Assembly: GCA_963667465.2 (NCBI GenBank)
Contig: CAXXDN010000001.1
Span: forward strand, 544,001 to 608,000
Source of the DNA: Dehalococcoidia bacterium
GTDB lineage: Bacteria > Chloroflexota > Dehalococcoidia > UBA2979
Direction of reading: 5' to 3'
Length of the DNA: 64,000 nt
The position numbers and the translations under genes are program-made. Positions 10,093 to 20,680 of the stretch are shown one piece after another. The notes below the pieces were generated by a model, which saw only the letters and a program-made list of their open reading frames with translations, was not told the origin of the DNA and made no database searches. Position 1 is the stretch's first letter, and each line of letters starts with the position of its first letter.

Positions 10093-11016
10093 CTAGCGAT
10101 CGAGGTCGGCGGCGCGGCGGGCGGCGCGCCGGTCGGAGGTTTCCAGGAGGCGGTCGAGCGCGAGCGCGGGCAGCAGGATCGCGGCGCCACCGATCGCCAT
10201 CAGCAACCCGTTGCGGATTGGCCCGCTGGCGAGCGTGTCCATGATCGAGCGCACCTCGTTGCCGATCGCGCCGTCGTCGGCGAGAACGCCGAACAGGAAG
10301 CGGATCAGCAGCGCGCCGAACAGCACGAGCGCGCCCGCGAGCAGGGTCGCGCCGCCGAGGCGGATCAGCCGGCCGAAGCCCACGCCGAGCAGCAGCAGCA
10401 CCGCAGCCAGCGCCGCCGCGACATAACCGAGCGGCGTCACGAACGAGCTCCAGCGATCGTGCTCGCTCGCGCGCAGGCGCACGATCAATTGGTCGAGCAG
10501 CCCCGCGCTCGAGAAGCGCGAAGGCGGCGTGATTGCGCCGTCGGGGTCGCGGAACGCTACGAGCCCCTCCTCGCGGAGGAGCAGCGCGCTGCGCTCCACG
10601 AGCGCTGCGCGCAGCAATCGAAGGTCGAACGCGCCATCGGCGCCCGTCGCCGCCGAGGCCGGGACGGACACGTTCAGCGGGTAGCCGGGCACGTCGATCA
10701 GGCCGCCGGCGAGCGCCTGTTCCTCGAGATTCTCAGCGTGCACCTCGAGCAGGCCGTCGACGCCGGTGAGCACGATCGCGGCGCGGGTGATGGCGGGGAG
10801 GGCGGCCTCGGGGGTGGTGGCCTGCGCGAGGCTGAAGGCGGAGAGCCAGGCGGTGAGCACGACGGCGAGCAGCAGGCCGGCCGCGCCGAAGGCGAAGTCG
10901 CGCAGGCCCGCGGTCGCGTTGAACTCGTCGAAGGGGTCCGGGATCACGTCCCAGGGGCCGCTCCTGCTCACCACCGGCGCCGGCCGCCGGCCGACCGGCG
11001 GATCGAGGCGGCTCAC
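10093..11016 (-). CDS. Hypothetical membrane protein
   Basis: GTG start overlaps the upstream stop; several hydrophobic segments. Confidence 0.7.
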   Translation of the reverse strand: MSRLDPPVGRRPAPVVSRSGPWDVIPDPFDEFNATAGLRDFAFGAAGLLLAVVLTAWLSAFSLAQATTPEAALPAITRAAIVLTGVDGLLEVHAENLEEQALAGGLIDVPGYPLNVSVPASAATGADGAFDLRLLRAALVERSALLLREEGLVAFRDPDGAITPPSRFSSAGLLDQLIVRLRASEHDRWSSFVTPLGYVAAALAAVLLLLGVGFGRLIRLGGATLLAGALVLFGALLIRFLFGVLADDGAIGNEVRSIMDTLASGPIRNGLLMAIGGAAILLPALALDRLLETSDRRAARRAADLDR

Positions 11017-11558
11017 GAGCGTCGCACCAGTCGCGTGCCGGCGATCCAGTCGTGCGGCAGGCGTCCGTGGGGCCGCTCGCGCTTGCGCGCCGCGCTCACG
11101 GCGAGCGACGCCAGCCAGAAGGCGCCGCCTCCGACGGCGATGAGCAAGCCGACGACCAGCGCCAGGACCGGGTGCACCCCCGCCAGCAGCGAGGTGAGCA
11201 ACAGCCAGCCCCAGAGCAGCAGCGAGAGCGGGTGCAGCAGCAGTCGCAGCGCGCGCCTCCAGCGCGGGCCCTCGACGGCGAGGCCGAGCCGCGCCTGCCC
11301 GAACGTCGCGCCGAGGCGGTAGAGGCGGAGCGCCTGCCAGGCCGTCCAGGCGGGCACGATCGCTCCGATCAGCGAGGTGGCGATCAGCGTGTCTCCCGTC
11401 TCCGCGTCGTAGCGACCCGCCGAGCTGCGGATCAGCAGCCAGACGAACGCCACGACCAGCCCGGCCAGCAACAGCAGCAGCAGCGTCGCGGCGTCGATCA
11501 CGACGGCCACCAGCCGCACGAGGCGTCCCGCCCGCTGCTGGCCGCCGACGCTGCTCAT
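11013..11558 (-). CDS. RDD family membrane protein
   Basis: RLVAVVID, GATFGQARLGLAV and HDWIAGTRLV RDD signature. Confidence 0.85.
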   Translation of the reverse strand: MSSVGGQQRAGRLVRLVAVVIDAATLLLLLLAGLVVAFVWLLIRSSAGRYDAETGDTLIATSLIGAIVPAWTAWQALRLYRLGATFGQARLGLAVEGPRWRRALRLLLHPLSLLLWGWLLLTSLLAGVHPVLALVVGLLIAVGGGAFWLASLAVSAARKRERPHGRLPHDWIAGTRLVRRS

Positions 11559-11608
11559 CGCTCCCGACTATACGACGGCGCGCCGTCAACGATTACGCTG
11601 GATACCTG

Positions 11609-12793
11609 GTGAGATCGAGAGTTCAGGCGGCGGCCGGCCGGGTGGCGCGCGGCGCGAGGGCGGCAACGCCCTCGCTCGCGGCATTCGCGACGGGCCTCCT
11701 CGCCGCGCTCCTGCTCTGGAGCGCCCTGTTCGCGCTGCAAGGGGGCGCTGCGCACGATGAGTTCGATGTCGCCCACTTCGCGCGGTGGGAGCTGGGGGCG
11801 CTCACGAACAAGTGGGTCTTCGCCGCGGGCGAGCCGCTGCGCGACGACCCGCCGGCCGACGAGGCAATCGCCGCCTGGTTCGCCCTCCGCGATCGCGACA
11901 GCGACGAGGCGCGGCGCCTCGAGAACGTCGCCGAGGCGGCGATCGAGGGTCGCGTCGACGCGGCGATCCGCGAGCAGGGACTGAGCTTCCCGCTGACGCT
12001 GCCCGGCCCGCTCGCGGTCTGGCCGCCGCTGGACATCGAGTTGACCCCGTCGCCGCACGTGCTGGTCATTTCGCCCCGCACCGCGATCCGGCGCCAGGAG
12101 CAGCGCATCCTGCAACTCGACCTCGGGCTCGAGGAGCTCTACCGGATCGAGCGCGAGGCGGAGGAGCGTGACGACTCGATCGCCGCCTTCGTGGCGCCGA
12201 CGGGCGGCGTCGCGTTCTATCCGGCGATCGTCAGCGACGAGAGCAGCTACCGCGGCGCGGTGAGCACGGCGGCGCACGAATGGGTGCACCACTACCTCAT
12301 CTTCTATCCGCTCGGGCGCGCCTACTTCACCGACGATGACGCGCAGACGATCAACGAGACGGTCGCCAGCCTCGTCGGTTGGGAGTTGCGTGACGCCGTG
12401 CTCGAACGCTTCGGCGACCCCACGCCGTCGCGTGCCTCTACGCCCGCATCCGCCCCGACCGTCGACCGCAGCGAGGTGCTGCGTGAGCTGCGCCTGGAGG
12501 TGGACGCGCTGCTCGAGGAGGGCAAGGTGGAGCAGGCGGAGCGGCGCATGGAGGAGGTGCGGCTGATGCTCGCCGATCACGGCGTCTCGATCCGCCGCAT
12601 CAACCAGGCGTACTTCGCCTGGTACGGGACATACGCCGCGCGTCCGGACGCGGTGGACCCGCTTGGCGGCCAGTTGCGCGAGCTTCGCGAGCGTGCCGGG
12701 TCGCTCGCCCGCTTCCTGGAGCTCGTGCGCGGCGTGACCACGCGCGTGGGCGTCGAGGCGCTGCTCGCGAGCACCGACGAGTCTCCGGGGTAA
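11609..12793 (+). CDS. Membrane-anchored putative zinc metallopeptidase
   Basis: N-terminal TM segment; AHEWVHH (HExxH) with a downstream NETVA glutamate and INQAYF. Confidence 0.7.
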   Translation: MRSRVQAAAGRVARGARAATPSLAAFATGLLAALLLWSALFALQGGAAHDEFDVAHFARWELGALTNKWVFAAGEPLRDDPPADEAIAAWFALRDRDSDEARRLENVAEAAIEGRVDAAIREQGLSFPLTLPGPLAVWPPLDIELTPSPHVLVISPRTAIRRQEQRILQLDLGLEELYRIEREAEERDDSIAAFVAPTGGVAFYPAIVSDESSYRGAVSTAAHEWVHHYLIFYPLGRAYFTDDDAQTINETVASLVGWELRDAVLERFGDPTPSRASTPASAPTVDRSEVLRELRLEVDALLEEGKVEQAERRMEEVRLMLADHGVSIRRINQAYFAWYGTYAARPDAVDPLGGQLRELRERAGSLARFLELVRGVTTRVGVEALLASTDESPG

Positions 12794-12830
12794 CACGCCG
12801 CGCGCGAGGTGGCGACGCGCGGGGCCCCGA

Positions 12831-15800
12831 TCACGGTGCGCCGTTGTCGACGCGCACGCGCACGGTGGCGACGGCATTCCCGAACTGCCCGTCGCTCACG
12901 GTCAGCCGGATCGTGTAGAGGCCATTGTCGTAGCCGGTCGTGTCCCAGTAGGCGATTGCGCCGCTGGTTGCCGGCTCCTCGGAGCGGTGGATCTCTGTCC
13001 AGCTGGCCGGCTCGGTTCCCGCGCCCACGTCCAGGCGCAGCTCCTCGAACCGGCCGGAGGAGGCGAAGCCGTCGATCGGCGCGTTGCCGCCGATCACCTG
13101 GTCCGTGATCGGCCGCGTGATGCGCGCGACGGGTGGGGCGTTGCCGTTGGACGCGGCCTCACCGTTGGCGATCACCACCGGGACGGCGTAGCGCCACCTG
13201 CCCAGTTCCGAGTCTTCCAGCCGCACGCGCAGCGTGTAGGCGCCGTCCGGCAGCTGTGTCGTGTCCCAGCGCGCCAGCACGCCGCCCTCGATTGCCTGTA
13301 CCGAGGCCGCGAAGGCGACCCACGCCGACGGGTTGGTGCCACGCCCCCACTCCACCACGTAGCGCTCGAAGGTGGGGGAGGCCGCGCGCCCGATCACGGC
13401 GACCGATCCGGAAAGCCGCTTGCCCGCGACGGGCGAGGAGACCTGCAGGAGATTCGCGCCGGCTGCACTGTCCAGCGTGGGGGCGAGCAGGTGCAGGACG
13501 CCGTAGCCCCTGGCCCACTCCTCGATGTTGTCCCATTCCTCGATCTCTTCGTCGGGCAGCACCAGCCGCACCTCGCGCCGGATGAAGGCGGGCGGCGTGT
13601 CCTCCGTCGCGCGCAGCCCGGTGCGGGAGTCGATCTCGACCTCTTGCCACCAGGTGTCCTGCAGCTCCTCCAAGTCGTGGGTAGCGAGCACGTCGAACGC
13701 GTAGAGGCCGTTGTAGCGGTGGATCTCGGGGCAGAGCTCGCTGGGCAGGCGGCCGGAGGGCCAGCACAACTCGCGGGACTCGATGCCCGCGGGCTGCACG
13801 AAGTTCTTCGCCTCCAGTCCGTAGTAGTCGTGCGCGTACTCCATGAAATCGCGCCAGGCCTTCCAGGCGATGGTCGTCGAGTAGATGCCCTCGATCGGCG
13901 AGTTGTCCGAGTTGCCTGCCCAGATCCCGGACACGAGGTCGGGCGTATAGCCGAAGGTCCACGTCTCGCCGATCTCCTTCGAGTCCTCGAAGGGCTCGCT
14001 CGTTCCCGTCTTCTTACCGGACGGCCGGTCCTCCAGCTCCAGCGCGCCGCAGCTGCTGAAGATGATGCACTGCGTGTCCGGGTCCGAGATGATCGAGGTC
14101 ACGAGGTAGGCGTAGTTTTCCTCGACCACGCGCCGCTCGACGGGCGCCTGGAAGTCGTACAGCAGAGCGCCCTCGGAGTTGGTGACGCGCAGCAGCGCGA
14201 CGGGGTCGAGCGTGCGCTCGCCGGCGCCGTGCGGCTCCAGCACCTCCTGGCCGCGCATCACGCCGCCGTTGGCCAGCACGCTGTAGGCGTAGGTCAGATC
14301 CTCGAGCGTGATGTCGGCGCCGCCGAGCGTAAGTGCCGGTCCGTAGCCGCGCGGCGAGTCGAGGGTCGTCAGCCCCACCTGACGCATGAGCGTGGTGGTG
14401 TTGCCGACCCCGGCGAACTGGATCGTCTTGAAAGCGGGGATATTCAGCGAGTTGCCGAGGGCGTTCGCGGCGCTGATCGTGCCCGTAAAGAAGTTCGGCG
14501 GACCCGGGTTGGTCGGCTCGAAGAACTCGCCCGTGGCCGGGTCGATCACCTTCGTGGGGACGTCGAGGATACCCGCGCCCGTGCTCCAGCCCCGCATGAA
14601 GGCGGACATGTAGGTGAACGGCTTGAGCGTCGAACCCGGCGAGTTCTCAGCGATCACGTTGTCGTTGCGGCCCTCGATGTCGTCGCGGAAATAGTCGCGG
14701 CTCCCGACGTAGACGAGGATCTGCCCCGTGTGCGGATCGAGGGCGTAGAAGGCGCCGTTGTGGCTCCGGTGCTCGAACTCGTCGGTGGAGATGCGCCGTT
14801 CCAGGATGCGCAGCGCCTCGTGCTGCAGGCCGAGGTCGAGCGTCGTGATCACCTCGAGGCCGTCTTCGTAGAGGGCGCGCTCGCCGAAGCGCAGCGCGAT
14901 CTCCTCCGCGACGCGCCCGAGCACGAAGTGCGGCGCCTCGATGTCGAAGCGGTTGGCCTTGAAGACCAGCTGCTCGCGGCGCGCAGTGTCGGCCTCGGTT
15001 GGCGTGATCAGACCGTGGCGCACCATCAGGTCCAGCACCACGCGCTGCCGGATGATCGAGGCTGTGGGGTTCTCGAGCGGGTTGTAGAGCGCGGGCGACT
15101 GCGGGATGCCGGCGAGCAGCGCCGCCTCCGCCAGCGTCAGCTCGCTCGCCTGCTTCCCGAAGTAGCCCTCGGCGGCGGCCTGGATGCCGACGTAGATGCC
15201 CCCGTAGGAGATCGAGTTGAGGTACCACTCGAGGATCTGGTCCTTCGTGTAGCGCCTCGTCAACTCGATCGCGATCGCGGCCTCCCGCAGCTTGCGCTCG
15301 ACCGTGCGCTCGGATCGCTGTTCCTTCGGGATGTAGACGTTCTTGGCAAGCTGTTGCGTGATCGAGGATCCGCCGGTGCCCCCGAGGAACTCGGTGTCCG
15401 AGAACGGGGTGAAGTTCTCGACGCCGGCGCGGGCAAGACCGCGCACGTTGAGGCCGTTGTTCGTGAAGAAGCTCGCGTCCTCGGTCGCGATCGTCGCGGC
15501 GATCACCCACTCGGAGATCTGGTCGATCGGCACTGGTCGCCGCAGTCCGCCGAACTCGTCGATGAACTCGTAGAGCAGCACGCCGTTGCGGTCGTAGATG
15601 CGCGCGCCACCGCGCGGCAACGAGGCGAGCAGTTCCTCGGGAGGCGCGACGTAGGCGATGAACTCGTCGTATTTCTGCTGGCCGTAGAGCACGCTGCCCG
15701 CCGCCGCGGCGCTGCTCGCGATGAGCAACACGCCGAGCAGGCCAACGAAGAGCAAGAGCACGCGGCTGATGCGGCGGCCGCCACTCGCGGCCGGCGTCTG

Positions 15801-15848
15801 CCGACGCCTGCGGGCGCGCCGTCGCCGCGCGCGCTGGCTGATGGTCAC
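12831..15848 (-). CDS. Class A penicillin-binding protein with C-terminal Ig-like repeats
   Basis: GT51 motifs EDASF, GGSSITQQLAKN, RKLREA, YLN; transpeptidase motifs GSTLK, SLN, KTGT; GTG start at 15848. Confidence 0.92.
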   Translation of the reverse strand: MTISQRARRRRARRRRQTPAASGGRRISRVLLLFVGLLGVLLIASSAAAAGSVLYGQQKYDEFIAYVAPPEELLASLPRGGARIYDRNGVLLYEFIDEFGGLRRPVPIDQISEWVIAATIATEDASFFTNNGLNVRGLARAGVENFTPFSDTEFLGGTGGSSITQQLAKNVYIPKEQRSERTVERKLREAAIAIELTRRYTKDQILEWYLNSISYGGIYVGIQAAAEGYFGKQASELTLAEAALLAGIPQSPALYNPLENPTASIIRQRVVLDLMVRHGLITPTEADTARREQLVFKANRFDIEAPHFVLGRVAEEIALRFGERALYEDGLEVITTLDLGLQHEALRILERRISTDEFEHRSHNGAFYALDPHTGQILVYVGSRDYFRDDIEGRNDNVIAENSPGSTLKPFTYMSAFMRGWSTGAGILDVPTKVIDPATGEFFEPTNPGPPNFFTGTISAANALGNSLNIPAFKTIQFAGVGNTTTLMRQVGLTTLDSPRGYGPALTLGGADITLEDLTYAYSVLANGGVMRGQEVLEPHGAGERTLDPVALLRVTNSEGALLYDFQAPVERRVVEENYAYLVTSIISDPDTQCIIFSSCGALELEDRPSGKKTGTSEPFEDSKEIGETWTFGYTPDLVSGIWAGNSDNSPIEGIYSTTIAWKAWRDFMEYAHDYYGLEAKNFVQPAGIESRELCWPSGRLPSELCPEIHRYNGLYAFDVLATHDLEELQDTWWQEVEIDSRTGLRATEDTPPAFIRREVRLVLPDEEIEEWDNIEEWARGYGVLHLLAPTLDSAAGANLLQVSSPVAGKRLSGSVAVIGRAASPTFERYVVEWGRGTNPSAWVAFAASVQAIEGGVLARWDTTQLPDGAYTLRVRLEDSELGRWRYAVPVVIANGEAASNGNAPPVARITRPITDQVIGGNAPIDGFASSGRFEELRLDVGAGTEPASWTEIHRSEEPATSGAIAYWDTTGYDNGLYTIRLTVSDGQFGNAVATVRVRVDNGAP

Positions 15849-16138
15849 CGGGAGCCCTCGGGCCCACTGTGTCGGATCATGCTGCTCGCAGGTGCGTTCG
15901 CGATCGGGGCGCCTCCTGCCCGCCGCCGAGGCGCGGGCACGACCTCCCGCCAGCCTCGATCGTATCCGCTCGGCTCGCCTCGCCGCCACCGCGGCCGCGC
16001 CCCGGGCGGCGCGCGGATGGTGCGAGCCGCCCGACCGCACATATAGTGCGTACTCATTGGACGAACAGCGGGCGACACGACCCGCCAGGCGCAACCGGCG
16101 CCACTCATCCAGACGTCAGACGGCGCCCGGAGGTTCCC

Positions 16139-16441
16139 GTGGATCTGAGCAGCGACGAGGTCCGCCACATCGCCCGGCTCGCCCGCATCGCGCTCACCGA
16201 CGAGGAGGCGGAGCGCCTTCGCGGCGAGCTGTCGAGCATCCTCGGGCACTGCCAGGCGCTCAGCGCGATCGACACCTCGGGCGTCGCCCCGACGGCGCAG
16301 TCCTTCTCGCTCGTTAACGTCGAGCGCCCGGACGAGGCCCGGCCGTCCGAGCCGGTCTCCGAGGTGCTCGCCAACTCCCCCGCCCGCGAAGGCGACTACA
16401 TCCGCGTGCGCGCGGTCCTCGAACAGGGCCCCGATGGCTGA
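16139..16441 (+). CDS. gatC: Asp/Glu-tRNA amidotransferase subunit C
   Basis: EVRHIARLARI..., LANSPAREGDYIRVRAV; overlaps gatA. Confidence 0.92.
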   Translation: MDLSSDEVRHIARLARIALTDEEAERLRGELSSILGHCQALSAIDTSGVAPTAQSFSLVNVERPDEARPSEPVSEVLANSPAREGDYIRVRAVLEQGPDG

Positions 16442-17942
16442 TTCCGCGCGCTCTCCTGGACCGGCGATCGACCTCGATCGCAGCGCGCACGAGCATGCGG
16501 CGGCGCTGCGCGCGGGCGAGTACAGCGCACGCGCCCTGGCCGAGGCGACGCTCGCGCGTGTGGAGGCGCAGGAGCGCGATCTCAACGCCTACATCCGCGT
16601 CACTCCCGACGAGGCGCTCGCCCAGGCCGACGCCGCGGACGAGCGGCTGCGTGAGGGCGACCTCGCGCCGCTGACCGGCATCCCCGTCGGGGTCAAGGAC
16701 GTCCTCTCCACCCGCGGCGTGGAGACGACCGCCGGCTCGCGCATCCTCGAGGGCTTCACGCCGATCATCGACTGCACCGTCGTCGCGCGGCTGCGCGAGC
16801 AGGGCGCCGTCTTCGTCGGCAAGACCAACCTCGACGAGTTCGCGATGGGTTCCTCGACCGAGCACTCTGGCTACGGCGCGACGCGCAACCCGTGGGATCT
16901 GACGCGCGTGCCGGGCGGATCGTCCGGCGGATCGGCGGCCACCGTCGCCGCCCGAGGCGTGCCGATCGCCCTCGGCACGGACACGGGCGGCTCGATCCGG
17001 CAGCCCGCCGCCCTCACGGGCATCGTCGGCCTCAAGCCCACCTACGGCCGGGTTAGCCGCTACGGCGTGGTCGCCTTCGCCTCCTCGCTCGAGCAGGTCG
17101 GGCCGTTCGCCCGTGACGCGCGCGACGCTGCGACGCTGCTGCAGGCGATCGCCGGGCACGACCCCAACGACGCGACCACCGCCCCGGAGCCCGTCCCCGA
17201 CTACAGCGAGCGCTTCGATCGCGGCCTCGAGGGTCTGCGCGTCGGCGTCCCCGGCGAGGGGCTTGTCGCGGGCCTCGAGGACGGTGTGCGGGAGGCGTTC
17301 GAGCAGGCGGTGACGTTGTTCGAGCGCGAGGGCGCGGTCGTCGATCGGTCCGTCACGCTGCCCTCGCTCGAGGTCGCGCTGTCCGCGTACTACATCATTG
17401 CGCCGGCTGAGGCGTCGGCGAACCTCGCCCGCTACGACGGCGTCAAGTACGGTTATCGCTTCAGGGGCGGCGAAGGCATGTGGGACGAGATGGAACGGAC
17501 CCGCGGCAACGGCTTCGGCGATGAGGTGAAGCGCCGCATCATGATCGGGGCCTACGCGCTCTCGGCCGGCTACTACGACGCCTACTACCGCAAGGCGCAG
17601 CAGGTGAGGACGCTGGTCCGCGCTGAGTTCGGGACCGCCCTCGCGGACAACGACCTGCTGCTCACCCCGACGACGCCGACCGTCGCCTTCCCGCTCGGCG
17701 AGAAGCTCGACGACCCGCTTGCGATGTACCTCAACGACCTGCTGACGATCCCCGTCAACGTCTCCGGCAACCCGGCGGTCAGCATCCCCGGCGGCTTCTC
17801 CGAGGGCCTGCCCGTGGGCATCCAGTTGATCGCCCGGCCGTTCGAGGAGTCGACGCTGCTCGGCGCCGCGCACGCCTGCGAGGCGCTGACCGACTGGAAC
17901 AGGCAGCGACCGCCGCTCGCCGGGATCGGAGTGCCCTCGTGA
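16434..17942 (+). CDS. gatA: Asp/Glu-tRNA amidotransferase subunit A
   Basis: [33 protein letters not shown] and [19 protein letters not shown]. Confidence 0.96.
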   Translation: MADSARSPGPAIDLDRSAHEHAAALRAGEYSARALAEATLARVEAQERDLNAYIRVTPDEALAQADAADERLREGDLAPLTGIPVGVKDVLSTRGVETTAGSRILEGFTPIIDCTVVARLREQGAVFVGKTNLDEFAMGSSTEHSGYGATRNPWDLTRVPGGSSGGSAATVAARGVPIALGTDTGGSIRQPAALTGIVGLKPTYGRVSRYGVVAFASSLEQVGPFARDARDAATLLQAIAGHDPNDATTAPEPVPDYSERFDRGLEGLRVGVPGEGLVAGLEDGVREAFEQAVTLFEREGAVVDRSVTLPSLEVALSAYYIIAPAEASANLARYDGVKYGYRFRGGEGMWDEMERTRGNGFGDEVKRRIMIGAYALSAGYYDAYYRKAQQVRTLVRAEFGTALADNDLLLTPTTPTVAFPLGEKLDDPLAMYLNDLLTIPVNVSGNPAVSIPGGFSEGLPVGIQLIARPFEESTLLGAAHACEALTDWNRQRPPLAGIGVPS

Positions 17943-19174
17943 CGAGTGACGGCCACTCCGGGTTTACCGCCGGCGGGAGCGACGGCCACCAGGCGCGCCG
18001 TGGGCTGCACTCGGAGACGGTCGCCGGCCTCCCGGCCTCCGGCATCCGCCGCTTCTTCGAGCTGCTGGACCGGGCGGAGGGTGTGATCTCGCTGGCCGTC
18101 GGCCAGCCGGACTTCGCAACGCCCGCGCAGATCACCAACGCTGCCGCCGAGGCGATGCTCGCCGGGCACACCGGCTACACCAGCAACTACGGCCTGCCCG
18201 AGCTGCGCGAGATGCTGAGCAGCCAGCTCGAACGCCTCTACGGCGTCCGCTACAACCCGGCCAACGAGCTGATGCTCACCACCGGCGTCTCCGAGGCGCT
18301 CGATATCGCGATGCGCGCCCTCGTCGACCACGACGACGAGGTGCTGACGCCGGAGCCCTGCTACGTCGCCTACCAGCCGGTCGTGCTCATGGCCGGCGCG
18401 CGCTACGTACCCGTGCCGACCTACCCCGATGACGCGTTCATGGTCACCGCCGAGGCGATCGAGGAGCGCATCACCCCGGCCACCAAGGCGATCCTGCTCG
18501 GTTACCCCTCGAACCCCACGGGCGCGGTGCTCGACCGCAAGACGATGGAGGAGATCGCCGCCGTCGCCGAGGCGCACGACCTGTTCGTGATCTCCGATGA
18601 GCTCTACGACCGCCTGACCTACGACGCCGAGCACGTCTGCTTCCCGACGATCGAGGGCATGCACGAGCGCACGATTCTGCTCGGCGGCTTCTCGAAGGCC
18701 TACGCGATGACGGGCTGGCGGCTCGGCTGGGTGGCGGCGCCGCCGCACCTGCTCGAGGCGATGATGAAGATCCACCAGTACGTGATGATGAGCGCCCCCA
18801 CCGCCGCCCAGTACGCCGCCGTCGAGGCGCTCGCCTCGGCCGAGGAGGACGTGCGCGGGATGGTCGCCGAGTACGACCGCCGGCGTCGCATGGTGGTCGC
18901 CCGGCTGCGCGCGATGGGCCTCCCCACGGTGGAGCCGCGCGGCGCCTTTTACGTCTTCCCGGACATCCGCACCACCGGCCTCGACGACCTCGCCTTCGCC
19001 GAGGCGCTGCTCGAGGAGGAGAACGTCGCGATGGTGCCGGGCTCCGCCTTCGGCGAGAGCGGGCGCGGCTTCGTGCGGATCTGCTACGCCGCCGACTACG
19101 ACGACATCGCCGAAGCGATGGACCGCACCGAGCGCTTCGTCGCGAGGCGGGTCGCGGCAGTGGGCCCGAAGTAA
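17939..19174 (+). CDS. Class I/II PLP-dependent aminotransferase
   Basis: GQPDF, PSNPTG, ISDELY and FSKAYAMTGWRLG. Confidence 0.93.
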   Translation: MTSDGHSGFTAGGSDGHQARRGLHSETVAGLPASGIRRFFELLDRAEGVISLAVGQPDFATPAQITNAAAEAMLAGHTGYTSNYGLPELREMLSSQLERLYGVRYNPANELMLTTGVSEALDIAMRALVDHDDEVLTPEPCYVAYQPVVLMAGARYVPVPTYPDDAFMVTAEAIEERITPATKAILLGYPSNPTGAVLDRKTMEEIAAVAEAHDLFVISDELYDRLTYDAEHVCFPTIEGMHERTILLGGFSKAYAMTGWRLGWVAAPPHLLEAMMKIHQYVMMSAPTAAQYAAVEALASAEEDVRGMVAEYDRRRRMVVARLRAMGLPTVEPRGAFYVFPDIRTTGLDDLAFAEALLEEENVAMVPGSAFGESGRGFVRICYAADYDDIAEAMDRTERFVARRVAAVGPK

Positions 19175-19244
19175 CGCCGGTCGTGCGGCGCTGAGCGAGT
19201 CCGCCGCCGGCAGCCCGGACGACCTCGTCCTCTCGATCCGCGAC

Positions 19245-19883
19245 GTGCGCGCGCAACCCGGCGAGGAGCCCGGCGAGCTGGCGCTGGAGATCGACACCTC
19301 GCGCGGCACGATCCTGGCCGCGCTCCGCCCCTGCGAGGGCAAGACCGGCTGCGCCGTCTTCCTCGGCGGCGCGATGGGCGGCGGCGACGGGCCTGCCGAG
19401 GGCGTCTACCTGCGCCTCAGCCGCGAACTGACCGGGATCGGGGTCACCTCGTTGCGTGTCGGCTACCGTGAGCCGGGCGAGTTCGACGAGTGCGTGCTGG
19501 ACGCGCTCGCCGCCTGCTCGTTCCTGCGCGGCATCGGCGCGGAGCGGGCGGTCATCGTCGGGCACTCCTTCGGCGGGGCGGTGGCGATTCGGGCCGGTGA
19601 GCTGGCCCCGCTCGCGAACGCCGTCGCGGCCCTCTCCCCGCAGCGCTTCGGTACGCAGACCGTCGAGCAGCTCGGCAAACCGCTGCTGCTGATCCACGGC
19701 TCCGACGACACCGTGCTGCTACCCCAGGCCTCCGAGGACATCTACGAGCGCGCGCAGCAGCCGAAGCGCCTCGTCATCCTCGAGGGCGGCGGCCACTCCC
19801 TGCGCGAGGTCGCCGCCGACGTCCACACCTTGCTCACCCAGTTCATCAGCGACGCCGCCGGATACCTCGAGGAGCCGGAGTAG
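19245..19883 (+). CDS. Alpha/beta hydrolase
   Basis: GHSFGG nucleophile elbow, LLIHGSDD and GGGH; true start may lie slightly upstream. Confidence 0.85.
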   Translation: MRAQPGEEPGELALEIDTSRGTILAALRPCEGKTGCAVFLGGAMGGGDGPAEGVYLRLSRELTGIGVTSLRVGYREPGEFDECVLDALAACSFLRGIGAERAVIVGHSFGGAVAIRAGELAPLANAVAALSPQRFGTQTVEQLGKPLLLIHGSDDTVLLPQASEDIYERAQQPKRLVILEGGGHSLREVAADVHTLLTQFISDAAGYLEEPE

Positions 19884-19895
19884 GGCGCCGGGCGT

Positions 19896-20309
19896 CTATC
19901 CCCTGAGGAGGGCGACGAACCCCGCCTGTTCGAAGTCCCGGTCGTACGCCAGCGCCTCGCGGAGTCCTCGCTCCTCCATAACCAGGAAGCTGGCGCAGTC
20001 CGTGAGGCTCCACCTCTGGTCCGGCCGGGCTGCGTAGCGCTCGACTGACGCCCGGAATTGCGCGGCGGTCTGCGGAACGATCTCCACGTCCGGGTCTTGC
20101 TCCAGTTCCCGGACCATCTGTACCGCAAGCCCGCGATGGAACGCGCCCGCGCCCGCCATCGCGTTGAGCGCCTCGGTCAGAACCAGTTGTGTCGTGACGA
20201 CAGCCGTCGTTCCCATGCGCTCCGCCACGGCCATCGCCCGCTCGTACAGCGCATCGCGAGGCCTCCAGAGCGCGAGCCAGTAGGCTGCGTCAGCGAAGAC
20301 GGTCGTCAT
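19896..20309 (-). CDS. PIN-domain (VapC-like) toxin
   Basis: VFADAAYW, LTEALN, SLTDCASF and YDRDFEQAGF. Confidence 0.9.
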   Translation of the reverse strand: MTTVFADAAYWLALWRPRDALYERAMAVAERMGTTAVVTTQLVLTEALNAMAGAGAFHRGLAVQMVRELEQDPDVEIVPQTAAQFRASVERYAARPDQRWSLTDCASFLVMEERGLREALAYDRDFEQAGFVALLRG

Positions 20310-20562
20310 GCGCCCTCTTCTTTGGGATGGCCGTAGAGGTAGTGCTTCTTGTTGCGGGCGAGGTCGGTGGGAAGCTCGTCCCGTGCCTCCGGCGGCATGG
20401 TCTTGTGGAGGTCCCTGGCCCGCCTCGCGATGGCGGCCAGTCCTCCGCCCGTCGCGGGCTCATCCTCGATCGACAGCGTCACCTCTGTGCCCTCCTCGAT
20501 GTCGAGGGGCTCCGAGGCGCGAGCACACCGTTGGCGTAGATGGCCTTCACGATGGTCACCAT
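20306..20562 (-). pseudogene. AF2212/DUF104-like antitoxin with a -1 frameshift (probably a sequencing error)
   Basis: MVTIVKAIYANGVLA continues in another frame as EPLDIEEGTEVTLSI...PTDLARNKKHYLYG; one extra C near 20515-20517 restores the ORF; ATGA overlap with the PIN gene. Confidence 0.8.
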
Positions 20563-20680
20563 TGGCTCATCCTCCCGGTACGCGCACTCACCTCTCCTAT
20601 CCTATCGCGCAGCCTCCGTCGGCGTGGTCGCCGCGCCGCAGTGAGTACCCTGGGTGCCTGTCCGCAGCGCCGACTGCCTG

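Noticed and set aside
12987-16046. Long antisense ORFs (also 6430-8808, 9058-11322, 29061-32057, 38810-40867, 55476-57782)
   Set aside because: These are shadow frames of well-supported genes in high-GC DNA and have no recognisable motifs.
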